A stretch of 58,511 bases of DNA, the filler included, from Circinaria calcarea (taxonomy: Eukaryota), in NCBI GenBank assembly GCA_051942165.1. It is 4 parts of 4 records of this genome, joined end to end, with 100 filler letters (N's around TTAATTAATTAA, not from the genome) between each part and the next. Parts side by side here need not be neighbours in the genome. Positions count along the whole stretch, not along the records: positions 1 to 14,568 come from JAVECS010000417.1; 3 more parts are not named here. One strand, given 5' to 3'. The notes under the pieces were generated by a model, which saw nothing but the letters and a program-made list of their open reading frames with translations, did not search any database and was not told the DNA's origin. A program made the position numbers and the translations under genes. Shown piece after piece: positions 1 to 13,173 of this stretch; the stretch's first letter is position 1, and each line of letters opens with the position of its first letter.

Positions 1-1288
1 AGATGAAAGGTCAGGGGGTTCTTACCGTCGTGGGTCTTCCTCCAGGCTATGCAGATCCCTCCTCTGACCTCAGTCAGTAATCTGATCGATCCCATTAGCT
101 AATGATCATGCTCAAGTATACATGAGGGAAACTTACCGCCATACCGATACCTTCGCGGCACCGCGCCACGCCTCGAGTAACCGAGGAACGTTGTCGGTAG
201 CTCACGCCATCCAGGTGGCAATCCGCGCTCTCGTTCCTCCGGTGTGAGCGACCACCACTTGGGAGCTTCGCGCCAACTCCTGGCTAGCCGGTCCAGTACG
301 GATTTCTGGAACTGGCAGTAGAGAACCTTCTTTTGGCAGCAGTCTTCCCAATCGGCTAACTGGAAATTGCGTATTATCTGCTTCATTTCCTCAACAAGTT
401 GGCGGGCTCGTTGAGGGTCGTTGTCGGGCTCCTGCTCCGGCTCCTGAATTAAGAATTAACAAGAAAACCGAGAAGATTGGGATTGCTTTAAATTTACCGT
501 GGCCCGTCCTCCATTCGCTTCGGCCTCCTCAGCCACGAGGATCCCAACGTCTGGTTCCGTATAGACGGCATCCAGATCATGAATATTGCCGGTGGGCTCC
601 GTATTGACGGCAGCCCGTTTTGTATCCGCCTCTGGCTCCGGCTCCTGGATTGAAAATTAGTAAGGAAGTCGAGAAGAATGGGATTGCTGTCAACTTACCT
701 CCTCCACGTCATTCGCCTCGGCCTCCTCAGCTTTAATGAGCGAACTCCCTGGTTCCGTATTTACGGCATTCAGGCTGTTGAGGTTATCAGGTCCCGTATT
801 GACGGTATCCTGTTTGGCATCCGCCATCGCCTCCTCAGCCACGAGGAGCGAACTTCCTGGTTCCGTATTTACGGCCTCCAGGTTGTCGATGTTTTCAGGT
901 CCCGTATTGACGGTATCCTGTTTCACATCTATCGTCGCCTTAGCCAGGAGAAGCCAAATATCTTCTTCCTCCGCCTCCGGCTTGGGCTCCTGGATGAAAA
1001 GTTAGTAAGAAAGCCGAGAAAAATGGGTTTGCTTTTGATTTACCGTGGCCCGTCTCTCGCCCAGCATCGCCTCTTCAGCTAGAACGAGCCAGATATCTGC
1101 TTCCGTATTTACGGCATCCAAATCTTGGTTATCGTGGTAGACGGGTTCCGTATTGACGGCCTCCCGTTCAAAGTTGTTGTGGCTGGTGGGTTCCGTATTG
1201 TGAATATTTGGGTGAGAAAGCGTGACAAGCGAGGTCGGAGCAAGAGTTAGCTAAAGAAGAAGTGAGAGGACTGCCAGGAGCTTACCAT
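1..1288 (-). CDS. Hypothetical multi-exon protein with acidic VNTEP/VNTGP repeats; 3' end runs off the window
   Basis: Minus-strand GT-AG introns at 990-1043, 645-698, 444-497 and 82-136, plus a donor at 24-25. Exons include ORFs 690-926 and 99-386. Putative ATG|GTAAG at 1288-1281; the acceptor of that first intron is unresolved, so the start is uncertain. Confidence 0.55.
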
Positions 1289-1357
1289 GATTAAGTGAGA
1301 ATTCTGAGTAAGGTCAGAGTAAGAGTTAGTCAAAAAAGAAGTCAGATGATTACCACC

Positions 1358-1490
1358 GCTTACTGTAGTAGATGAGAGTTGTGTGAGAGCTAGAAGAGTT
1401 CAAGAGTGAGTGGAGGGAGAAGAGAGAGGACTGCAAATGCTTACTGTAGTGGATGAGAGTTGTGTGAGAGCTAGAAGAGTCCAAGAGTGA
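1358..1490. repeat. Direct repeat of about 52 nt with 81-nt period (duplicated 26-nt micro-exon with splice sites on the minus strand)
   Basis: gcttactgtagtRgatgagagttgtgtgagagctagaagagtYcaagagtga occurs at 1358 and 1439. Confidence 0.8.
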
Positions 1491-2995
1491 ATCGAGCGAA
1501 AAGTGAGATGACAGCAAGGAGCTTAGACGGCAACCCGGTTCTCTTCCGCCTCCGTCTTCTTGGCCGCCAGAGGGACTGGTCTGGCCGATTGTACCCAAGG
1601 CCGAGGACGATTGATCCGTCTGAGCCGGCGCTGCGCTAAGGCATCAAGGCCCGAAGAGTGCTCCGTGACAAAAGTAGAAGGAGACATCGTGAAATAATCC
1701 CTACAGGTGGCAGTTTCTAAGGGCAAAAGGAGTTGGGGAGAATAGAATATGACTTAAAGATTATGCTTGTTCGAATGTAAGCTCTCGTAGTTAATCAACA
1801 GTGAACCAAGTAATCTCAAGACTTGCTATTCTGAAGAGAGAAGAGAAGAGGAGAGGAAGGGTGCTAGAACAACAACAAAAACAACGCGTCTTACGCGTCA
1901 AAAGTTTAATGCAATTAGGATTAACAACGCTTCCGGTCGCCGGACGGCGCTCAGGCATCCGGTTGACATAATCTGAATTGCAAAGCTGGTAGAATTCAGC
2001 GTTACCAAGCTCATAGCACTGAAAAGGTCTATGCCACGCTGAGGTGACCAGTAGCCTAATACACCTAAACGCAACCATATCTCAACGCACCGATCGCCCC
2101 GAGGGTCGATCCATGGTTCACATTGGTTTTCAAAAAACTGAACGCCGGTCACACTCATAACGTTGGAAAACGCTATACAATCATAGAGCCTCTATGATAG
2201 AGGCAACCAGGAACTCAATGCACATAATTGCACACTTGACACCATCCACGCTCAAAACAATTTGAAAGTCTAAACCGCCGCGACAGAAGCAAAACACGTC
2301 ATAGACAAAATCTCCATTCTAACGACGATGCACATTAAACTTGCATTGGCAGAACTAGAACTTGGACCGTTACTACGATATTCAACGGCTGACGCCCCCG
2401 AACGCATAGGAACCTTGGAGGCAGCGCTCAAGCGGGTAGAAAACCTAATAGACATAATCTCGACTAGGATTTAATTACACTTGAAATTGCACTGGTGGAG
2501 TCAAGATTTGAACTGTTATATTCAAAGCTTAACGGTCTACACCTATAAAAAAGCGACCTATATAACCAAACGCTCGGGGGGGGGCAAACATTATAATTAA
2601 TATAATATCAGCACGTCGAAAACATCATGATCGTGAAATCAGATCACATATGAAAGACTCAATAGTCATGAAGATGATAACAAATTTGGCTTTCGAACAG
2701 AACGCTCAAACAGATGAGAAAACTGTAAGAGACATACTCGAACGTCGTTTGGATCCCGAATCGGAATAGCGCATTATTAAGCGAACACTTTGACCCTCGA
2801 AACCGATTGTGAAAGGTCTGAGGAGCTTTTGCATTGATCATTGGACTCTGACAAGTAACTTGAAAAGAATCAATTCAAATCTATCGCAATTGCGATACTG
2901 CGCACCCTTCCATACCTTCTATACCTGTATGGCGGTAAATCAAATCGTATAGCAACCGAATCCCAGTTTGTAGAATAACCTTTTGTACGTCTTTC

Positions 2996-5024
2996 TTAGA
3001 GCGCTCCTTTCATCCAAAGATGTGGGATTCCTTCCGAATTTCCTGTATTCACTCCCTTCAGTAATGCGTCTACTTCCTCTTGTACTTTCCGCGTCTCTCC
3101 ATGTGGGTCGTACATCTTGGCTCTCACCCACAGCTCTAGGTCCCCGTCGCTCATGCCGTTGATGCACGGCTCTCGTGCTACACCAGCCTCTTGAGCCGCT
3201 CTGATGACACCCATCGCAACGACGACACTTGCATCTCGTACACGCGCGATGTCAGGATACAGCCAGCCGTCGGCAACTTCGGAAGGGGTCAAAGATGTAC
3301 TGAGAGAGGTGGCGGAAGCGTAGATCATGGATTGGGTTATGTTAGTTGCCTTGGAGAGGATGCTACCGAGACCAATGCCGGGGAAGACATACATGTTGTT
3401 ACCTGCAGACAGTCAGTCAACCATCACATGCTGCTCAGAAAACGGTTCAGTAGTCTCGAATAATGACCACCTAGCAGAAGCACATACCTTGGCCTGGAGT
3501 CATTAGTCTGCCGTCATGCTCAAGAGAAGCGAACGGACTTCCACTGGCGAACAACGCTCGTCCTTGGGTATATTTCATAGCTTCTTCATATGTGCACTCC
3601 GACTTGGTGGAGGGGTTCGACAGCGGAAAGATGATTGGTTGCTCATTCCACTGGCCCATCTTGGTAAGGATGTTCGCGTCGAAGATCCCACCGATTGTCG
3701 AAAGTCCCAACAGTATGGTAGGCTTGACGTACTCCACCACTTCGGCAAGGGTTTTGTACTGCCTACCCCAGTTGTCTTGTCGTGAGAAGTAGATCTTGTG
3801 GTCGGCCAGCTTGTCCCCTCGATCGTCTGTGACAAGGCCCTTTGTATCGACCAAAGAAAAGCATTGCCTTGCTTCGTCCTCTGATAGGCCTTCGTTCATG
3901 AAGAATTCCACAATTTGCTTAGCAACGCCAACAGCTGCACTCCCAGCTCCCATCACGACAGCGCGCTGATCCTTGACTGGGACGCCAGTGCGTTTCACGG
4001 CATTGATGATGCCGGCGAGGATCACCGCTCCGGTACCTTGGATATCATCATTGAACATGGTGTACTTGTTGCGGTACCTCTCCAAAGATGGAAAGGGATT
4101 TTTGAAATCTTCGAACTGAATGACAATGCTAGTGACAGGTTAGTAGTTGCCTTCCGTATTCTATCATTCTGGGAATGCTGGCAAGGACTGTCTCGAGACT
4201 CACCCTGGGAAGGTCTCGACTAAGGCGTCCATCAGCTCGTTAAGGAAGTCGCGTTCCTCATCCGCCGAAACCTTTTCTCTTCTGCTACCCATGTACAGGG
4301 GATCTTCTCGCAAGCCCTTGTTACCTGTGCCCAAATCCAATGTTAATGGAAGTGTTGCCTCGGGTCTAATTCCGCCACAAGCACAGTACAGAGCCAGCTT
4401 CCCTACCGGTATCCCCATGCCATTTATACCGAGATCCCCAAGTCCTAGAATCCGCGATCCGTCCGTCACGACGGTGATGTCGACATTGGACTGCGACCAG
4501 TTCTGGAGGACAGCGGCAATGTTGCCTCGATCGGAATACGAAATGTAGAGCCCTTCTGGCTGTTGATATATCTCCGACCATTTGATGCACGCCTCGCCTA
4601 CCACCGGGGTATAGATTAACGGGGTCAACTCTTTCATGTGATCCACAGCCAACCGATAGAAGAGATGGACATTGGTGTTCCGGAGGCCGCTGAGGTAAAG
4701 GTATTTGTCAATGGGTAAGACTTTCTGTTCCAACTGCTTCAGGCATCGCAATGCTTGAGTCTCGTAACTTTCAACGTTTGGTGGTGTGAGGCCGTATGTT
4801 CGCAGCTGTTTTCGTACCGCTAAGGCATTCGAGGTATCAAAGTCACCCGTGCCCGAGGCGAATCCGCGTATGCGAGTAGCTGGCTGAGCTGAAGGCATGT
4901 TTGATATCGACAGAGGTGCATGAAGTACAGGCAGTAGTGCTTGGCAGCCTATTCTCTTATAGGCGGAGACGGTGTGAGGCTTTGGTGATGTTGCAGCTGG
5001 CGAGCTGAGAAGCCTATGAAACAT
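2996..5024 (-). CDS. NAD(P)-dependent malic enzyme, possibly with a mitochondrial presequence
   Basis: Motifs YTPVVGEAC, VTDGSRILGLGDLG, FNDDIQGTG, GAGSA, FPLSNP and YVFPGIGLG. Exons 5024-4204, 4128-3488 and 3402-2996 with GT-AG introns. Start could instead be the ATG near 4899. Confidence 0.95.
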
Positions 5025-6060
5025 GAATTTGGCAATTGGGACGGTATGGTAACTGGACGTAACCCGGCCTGAGACCAGAGCGGTATCAGTCTGCCCGGTT
5101 TCACTCAAACGTGAAGTAAGCTTCCAACTCCGTATTCAGAACGAGAGCTCATTTGGCATGGTCAAAGGATTCAGGAGAGAATGGAGATGTAACGGAGGCA
5201 TTAGGATGGTAATTGGAATAGGGCCAGACTCATCCCCAACGGCCTCGATGCAGTAGTTGACGGTCAACAACTCAACAACATGTTTTCCTCCTTCCCTATC
5301 CCCTGTCTTGTTTAACATGACTTTAGGGTGAACCCGGAGCTTGGCACCTTGGGATAGGATGACGGGACGAGCCTCGGTCTGTTGACCGTTCGGAGTAATA
5401 TCTCACGTGATTTAACTTTGGACCAACCAGGTAAAGGCCGGTCGCTAGCCACATGTAGCTTACTTTATTTTGAGCTTACCCATCCCCAATACCATGGCTC
5501 GCGTCAGCATGGCCACGTGGGAGCGCAATCGAAGAAAGGAGGGGAGATCACCAGAATTGGGTTCAAATCCCAATCGCGCTACTTTTTGCGTCGTCTAGTG
5601 GTTTCCTCCGTCCTGGTTCTGGAAAATCGCTTTATAGCCTCAGGTTACGAAGGCAGATGTGAATTCACCGAGATGGTTTTGGTTGGTAGACTTCAGTTAA
5701 AACGTCGGCAAATATTTCCATTCGGAACATCCAATCATACTCAGAGCCCGAACCGCCTTTGTGCAAGCATGAGGGGAAAGCAAGGCATCATCGCTGTGCT
5801 CCCCGAATTGGCGGTCCGCAATCTCCTGACGTAACGAAGCAGTCATAGCTTTCAAACAAAACCGGCATTCAGCGATGCCTTCGATATCTTCAGTTAACCA
5901 CGCTGAGACCATCCAATTCTCACTGTGATACATTCCGCTTGCGAGTCATTGAACTCTTCGCTACGTCAACCAGCTTGCGGAGGTTCTAATCTTCCTCATA
6001 GAGCTCCTTCAGCTCCAACCTTCACTTTATCAGCTACTTTCCCGACTCTGAAAGCTCACC

Positions 6061-8335
6061 ATGTCTTCCTGCTTTGGCCGCCGCAAGACCAAAGGAGAGG
6101 ACACCGAAGCCCTTTTGCCGCGGTATGACGACGAGACCGTTCTGCAAAGGCGTGTGCACCAGAAGATGCACACGTACCAGATGCTCAGGGCTTTGTCGAA
6201 AGGCTACATGCCTTCCACAGAACAGCTGATCGTCAACCTACGAACTCTCCTAGCCTCGGACGTTCTCAACCCAGACAATCCCGACTTGAGCGACTCGGGA
6301 CGTCGCCTGCTTAAGTACTCGAAGCAATGGCTGATGGAATTCATTGAAATGTTGCGGAACAAGAACGACAGAGATCAAATCCAGGACTTCATCTGGTTCT
6401 TGTCCAAATCACGAGTCTCTTTGGATACCGATCATCTTGCCAACACAGCTTCCAAGGTTCGGGCGAGGGCGGATGCCTCGGCTGGTAAGTCGCTCAAGTA
6501 CTCCATTAGGATTCGGTTAACCAAACGTCTGCGTAGCCTACGAAAGCCTGCGGACCGTTGGCAGCCTTCTGCTCACAAATTCCGATTTCAGAATGTTCCT
6601 CAGTGATCTGAATGTGATCGGGCGTCAGGTGTTTGCGGATACCGCCTTCTCTCTATCCGAAGTCGCGGAAGAAGCGGGCAAGAAGCTTGAGCCATCGGGA
6701 GAAGCAAGCCGGGCTGTGAAAGAACCTGGCTCGGAGAATGGACCGCCACCAACTGCGGAAGATTTGGGAGACGAAGTCGCCGATGTGTCAAAGGTTGTTG
6801 GGAACGGACTGGTCAAAACAGGACGCGATGCTGTATCAAGCCTGAAGGAGAACGTATCTGGTGAACAAAAGGATACACTACTCCATCGCCTGAAGCAGAC
6901 TGTTATGAAGCTTCGAAAGCGGAATGATTATTCGGATTCTGTTTCGACTATTGGTCTCCTAATCAAGCGATACGCCATGGTGTATTCACGCGCTGTTGAT
7001 CAAACTATTAGTACAGCGCAGAATGACGTTCAGACAAACCCGGAGCTAGATCGAGCGGTCAAGAACTTCTGGTCTCTACTCAGCTCTTTTGGGGATCGGA
7101 AGGAATGGGAGCTGCTAGAGCAAAAAGTCAACAAGGTCATGGAGCATTCTCAAAAGGACCCAGATTTCGAGAATCTAATGATGGATGTTGGGAATTCGAT
7201 CCAAAAACTTTTAACAGATCCCGACTTCTTCGAATCCGCGGACAAGAAAATCCAAGAGCTGCGTGAAAAGTCGAAGAAAGTTGGGTCCGATTCTTCTTTA
7301 CGCAAGGATGTCGACGATGCACTGGTCCAATTCCAGAAAACTTTTCTATCGGTTGTGCGAGACCCGGATATTTCCAAGCTCATCAATACAAGCAGCAAGA
7401 TCTTCGATATTCTCTCGCCTGCCCACGCAACCATGAACAGCGACCTACTTGACGACTCCCTCCATGTCTTCATCCCACTCCTCATCCAGGCCATCCAATA
7501 CATTCCCATTCCACGAGTCGAAGTCTCCGTTCCAGAAATCGACTTACTGCTCGAAAACCTCATCATCGAACCTGGCCGGACGATAAATAACACCTCGTTC
7601 TTACCGTACAGACTTCGCGTCGAAACCTACAACGATCTCGAAATTCGCAAAGCTAAATTCCGCACCACATCTTCAGTAACCTCGCTCGTCACTGTTAAGA
7701 TTGACGGACTGTCTGTCCGTGCTGACGAGATTGGGTACTGGCTTCGTGCACACTCGGGGATTCTCCGCCTTGCAGATGAAGGCATCGCTTCTTTCCGGCT
7801 AGACGAGCGTGGCATTGACATACATCTTGACATCGAGATATGTAAGGAGAAACTCGAGAAGATACTTACGTTGAAGGATGTCAGAGTCCACGTTCACAAG
7901 TTATCGTACGAGCTCCGCAAGAGCAAGTTCTCTTGGATTGCTTGGTTGATGAAGCCTCTCCTCCGTCCCGTTATCCGCAAAGTCCTTGAGAAGCAGCTTT
8001 CCACCGCTATCGCCGACGGTATCCATGCCGCGAACCGAGAACTGCTCTACGCTCGGGAGAGACTGCGCGCCACTCGGATCTCTGATCCGCAGGATCTGCG
8101 GACCTTTGTCAAAGCCATCATAACCCGCTTGACACCGGAGGAGGATCCGGACGTGTATACCGCCATAGGCGTGAGACCGAGTAAAGGTGTTTTCAATGGT
8201 GTCTACGCCCCTGGAAGCGTGGTCAAGCTGTATGAAGAGGAAACCCGTAGAGCCGCGGAAAGAGTGGACGACTTTGAAATCGAAGGGTGGAGAAATGAGA
8301 TTTTTGATGTGCAGGCCGCTATGATGGGGCAGTAA
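6061..8335 (+). CDS. HAM1-like / DUF4449 (BPI-like fold) conserved fungal protein
   Basis: Exons 6061-6484 and 6537-8335; the 52-nt intron joins the two ORFs in frame. Motifs GYMPSTEQL, YIPIPRVE..EIDLLLENL and KSKFSWIAWLMKPLLRP are recalled from this family. Confidence 0.65.
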
Positions 8336-8889
8336 AAGCCTACGTGAGATTGTATCAAGATGGTGGGTCTTCTGCCTTGACGATGCGGATTTATCATGAT
8401 TGGGTGGGATTTGGGACTACATTCGTTGTACATGGGTGATGAAGTTGACAAAAGTGCTCGTGGGCCGCGTACAAAAAGTTTGTATCATCTGACTTAAGGT
8501 TGAGGGAGCTTCAGTATCTCCTTTTGTAATTTATAGTTAAACATTTGGTTGACCGGATTGCCTATTGTATGGCTCTTATTCTATAGCCAAATGAACAGCT
8601 ACAGCCAATTCCTCCAGCTCAATTAGAATCGTCTAGACACGCGCTGCAAATCATGGACTTCTGCTACGTGGTTAAATAAAGGTTTCGGTTCGAAGGGGAA
8701 GACCGGTCTAAGGATAAAACGGGGGCAACGGGGGCTTGGAACGCATCAAGGCTATGCACAGCGTGGCAAGCAGCAATAGTGCAACTTCAACTCAGTTGAG
8801 GGTAGATTGCTAGCATCACCTATGCTATTGGCTAATATCGCCACATGCTCACGAGAGGACGGCCTCTAAATGTTCCCACCCTAATGCGG

Positions 8890-9319
8890 CTACTTTCCCA
8901 TTTCTTCCAACCTCTCCTTCGCATTTTCCTTGGCCTCCTCGGAGATGCCCGGGTTGCTGATCGTTCTAATGAGGCACAGTCGTCAGTCGGTGCCTGACTG
9001 CAGCTGTGAGAAGAATATAGAAGAGAGGGATGCACTCACGCTTTCAAGCCTCCGGCCACGCGGTTGGGATCCTTGTCGGCGTTCTGCTCTGCTTTTCCGT
9101 AGTACGCATCTTCGCCGCCCAGGCTCTCGAGTACTTCCCGGCTATGGGCTTTGGATTCTTCGGATGTGTCTATGGCGGGCTCGGTTAGCCTGCGTACAGT
9201 ACCTACAGCCCAGGTGGGTGAGAAAGGCGTCCGGGGGGGGGGAACTGACTGGGATTGGAAAGGTTGGCCTTGTGCCCGCGGGCGGCGCTGGACTTTTCTT
9301 CGGGTGATAGCCCCTCCAT
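8890..9319 (-). CDS. con-6: Conidiation protein Con-6 family, 91 aa, two Con-6 repeats
   Basis: Exons 9319-9250, 9169-9040 and 8965-8890 splice to MEGLSPEEKSSAARGHKANLSNPNTSEESKAHSREVLESLGGEDAYYGKAEQNADKDPNRVAGGLKATISNPGISEEAKENAKERLEEMGK. Not shown in the ORF track. Confidence 0.9.
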
Positions 9320-11244
9320 TACTGTTATGGCAATATGGTTGTACTTAGTTTGGTTCAGGGGAATGTTGGCTGGGGATGGAGATTGGTTTGGTCTGGCGGA
9401 TCGAAGTTCGGAAGGTATGGGGAAGTACAGAGTCGAGGGAAGGGGAAGGGGAAGTCGAGCGGGGTATGAGGGTTTCGAGATAGCATGACGACACCCGCTC
9501 TCCTGGAACGGGTGAGACAGACAGTGACTGTCCGATGAATGGCGGTGGTGAATGTGTGCAGAGTAATAGTGAGGTCATGGGCCAATGTCCCGGGTTTCTC
9601 TGGAGTTGGACTAGTGCTTGAATTCCGGGAGATCTACCTTGAAGACTGCCTATCGAGAATAGCAGCAGCTGGGAGACACATCTGCATCCCATTGTCCTCA
9701 TATTCCGAGGAGGCGTCTGCCTCACGGATGACAATGAATCAGGGATGCCGTTGACAAGCAAACATCCATTGACCTGTACGCCTACCGGTCGTCGAATGTC
9801 TCGGACACTGGCATTTGGTGTTTGTTGAATGCCCGCCACCATTAAGCCCTCCGTTCGGAGCTCTCGGGCTCACCAGGAGTAGTTGGGGATGGAAGAGCCA
9901 GGACTGGCACATATACAGAAAGAGTCCTCTGGGCAGGTACATGGCTCGCGTTTCATCTCGGTCCTTCTTGCGCATTGCTTCCTCCCTCTGGTCACTGCAT
10001 ATGCAGACTACTCCAAGGAGACGCAGATACCTGCTGGTAGCTGCATCCGAGCCGTTTTCGCCCCTGGATTAGCTTTCCAGCATCTCCAGCAATTTCCTTC
10101 AAGTCTGCCCCTTCAAATTTGCTCATGGTTGTTTGGTGTTGTGCAAGATTTCTCACAACATTCATCGCGATCGGCCCTGGTCTTACAGGCTGGATTGGCG
10201 GGTGGAAGCATTGATCATCCCCGGTTACACCCGCCCGCAGGCATCTTACATCGATCATTATGTTTGTGAGATATCGCTTTGACGGCGGCATCTGGAGATT
10301 CTTCCGATTCTTGACATATGGCACTAGACGAAGCGTTACTATAGTATGGATGAGATGTTTGATATCCAATCTTGACAAAGTCTGCGAGGAAAGCTTGTGG
10401 CCACTAGTGTGGAAGTACGATAGCAAAGTTTCGTTTGATCTTTCCTTGTCATTGCCTTGCACAACCCCGAGTATCTACTGATGGCCCCTGACTAATGTCA
10501 GGAACACGTTCTCGGCTTTTCGCCGTACGTCTGTGCAACTTTGAGCGAACCAAACGTTACATGTCGTATTCTTGCTATTAGACCTCCCGTTTTGGCAGGC
10601 CGCGTTCAAGCCACAAAAGCCCCTATAGTCATTCAAGCCGCCAGTTAATCTCAGAGCGTTTGATTTTACCATCAAACGGCTTTTGACTGGACTTCCATCA
10701 ATGGCCAGAGGAAGAAGTTACACCACATCTGGCCCTCTCCACAAGAGTCTAATCTAACCCAATCCCCTACATATCACCAAGATTTTGCCTTCAGCTCAGT
10801 CTGGATTCTTTCTGGTTGCAATGGTTCAATCCGCTGTCTGCGGAAACGGAGATGCAAGCATCCAAGTCACAAATTTCGTCTTGTGCCGAGAACCGAGTGC
10901 AATTACTAGGGACGTCGAGGTATTCCATAACCTGTCTGTGTAGGTAAGCTGCAGGACAGGACAGAGCGATATGCCTAGCGAGGATCCCCGGTTACATTCA
11001 ATTGGAAATTTTGTCGCGTACGTCTGTGCTCTTGTGGGTACGTTTGTGCAACATTTTGCACCGTGAAGGAAAGCCGGCCAGGATTCTTATCAACAGGGGA
11101 TACAAAGAGCTCTTAGATTACGATATAACATCTATAGTTGCCTGCTGGAATTTCATGTTCTTCACTCTCAGTTTCCAACTTTTTCTGTTGGATCTATTAC
11201 CTCTAGTTGGTACAAGGTATTAAACAGCACAAACACCCCCGAAA

Positions 11245-13173
11245 ATGCATATCATCCGCGTCCTTCAGGTCGCTGGGGCTGCCACTCTTGCTGTCGGTGA
11301 TTTAGTACCTGGTGAGCCACTCACTTTCTTTTGATTCACGTTACTGGGATCCGTTTCCCCCCTTGTGATTCCGTACGGCTTGCGAGATGTTTCCCATCGT
11401 CTTTTTGGTTGGAAGATTGTATATATACAGATTCAGAAAAACGGATTCAGCAAATATCATTGTTCATCTCGCTACATATCTCTTATGAATGTGTCGGGCA
11501 AAGCACGCTTTTGGGTCCAGAACCAAACTAATTTATTGGTAGGTCTAGCAGTTCGTCAACCCAAAGAGTCGCGTCCACGAGCTGCTGCTAAACCAGGCGT
11601 ATCTTATCCGTATGGTTATGGTTATGAGCCCTACAAGTCCTCTTCACGTAGTTCAACGGCCGGATCGACAGCAGTCAGCTTGACTAGCTCTTTGTTTTCT
11701 TCCGACTCTACCGCTATCGAAAACCCTACTCCGGTCAGCTCCTTGCCGGGTCCACTCTCGTTTTCAGAATCTTCATCCACACCTCTAGCATCCGCTTCTG
11801 GCTACAGTCTATCTACATGCATGGGTGCCAGCAGCAGCGATGGTCCTTTGAGCGTTTCTAGTACTCTGCCTTACTACACCAATACTACCACTGGTGATAC
11901 CTCGACAAGTATTCATGATATGACGTCGGTGCACACGTATCCAAGCCATATCTACACTCATTCCTTCGAACCATCGGGTTCTGGTGGAGCTATCCCAGGT
12001 TCATCGTCTAGCATCGAAACTACCAGCACTACCGTAATCTATGTGACCGAAACCCTCTCTTCTATTGTTTCCACAATCTCAGGAGGCACAAGCGATACCG
12101 GAGGGTCCTTGAGCTATCCCGATACATCTTCGGCACCTTATGCAAATTCTACAACTACCAGCTCCCTTTTGACAGACACAGGGACATCGCTATATACCTC
12201 TACAAGCGAGGTGTACACTTCTACATTGCCAGCTTCGAGCAGTGGAGGCGCTTTACCGACTTCATCCTCAACGGTAGTGACCAACAGGACTTCAACCATT
12301 TTCATCACAGGAACAGTCTATACGACACTTACATCAACTGCTACTATAAGCGACACTGCTGGTGCTTCCCCACCCAGTTCAGCAAATTCTACAGGGTTCG
12401 GTGGCTATCCAACACATGGGCCTTACACGTACTCTTCTGGTTCTGCCAGTTCTTCGGCCGATCCTCTTTCAGCAACTAATACTACCACGGCCGCATCAGT
12501 GACTCAGCCAACACTGATATGTAAAGCTGGTATGTTTGGTCAATGCCTTCAGCCTCGACGCAGCTAATCGAGAAAGATAACTGCCTCCGTGCTTTGCGGG
12601 CTACCCAAACCCCAGGTCGCCTCGCAGCAGCGCAGGCGTTCTGCAGTACCTACACGAAGGATTCCTATGGTGCAGTTCCGACATATGTGCCCTATGGATG
12701 TAATGCCAGAAGGATCTCGAGTGCATGTAGTTGCATTGCTACGTCTACTTTGCCCGGAACCATGACAGCATCCTCGGCTATTTCTTCTATCTCGTCGTCT
12801 GATACGCCTGTATCCTCAATCGTATCCTCAACTGCTGGCCCTCTCAGCTTCACATCGCTGACCTCGTCCACTGGGTACAACGTCAGCAGCATGGCAGAAC
12901 CTTCGAGTGCGTCTACGGTGGGGACTCTGACGACATTCGATACCTACACAACGCCCTACTTAACTCCGACCACGGTCACAACGAGCAAGTCTACCGAGTA
13001 TTATCCACACCCTCCCAAACCATATCCGACCGGGAGAAACAACAAGAAGGTTTGTTGCAAATGCTCTGACGAACCTTTGCCCCAGTAAATCATATACTGA
13101 CCTACACTAGCGATTTCCGCGCTTCCCATATACATTCGAATTAGGCAAGGAGGACGACACCGCATTCGAATAG
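11245..13173 (+). CDS. Secreted Ser/Thr-rich (mucin-like) protein with a small Cys domain
   Basis: Signal-peptide exon 11245-11311 (MHIIRVLQVAGAATLAVG), then exons 11543-12529, 12577-13049 and 13111-13173 (last exon tentative). Contains CKADNCLRAL...FCSTY...C..RISSACSC. Confidence 0.75.

Noticed and set aside
1884..1898. Paired ACGCGT (MCB) boxes
   Set aside because: Short motifs with no evident cell-cycle gene next to them; cannot be supported.
9345..10462. Overlapping ORFs upstream of con-6
   Set aside because: No consistent spliced model or recognisable motif could be built.
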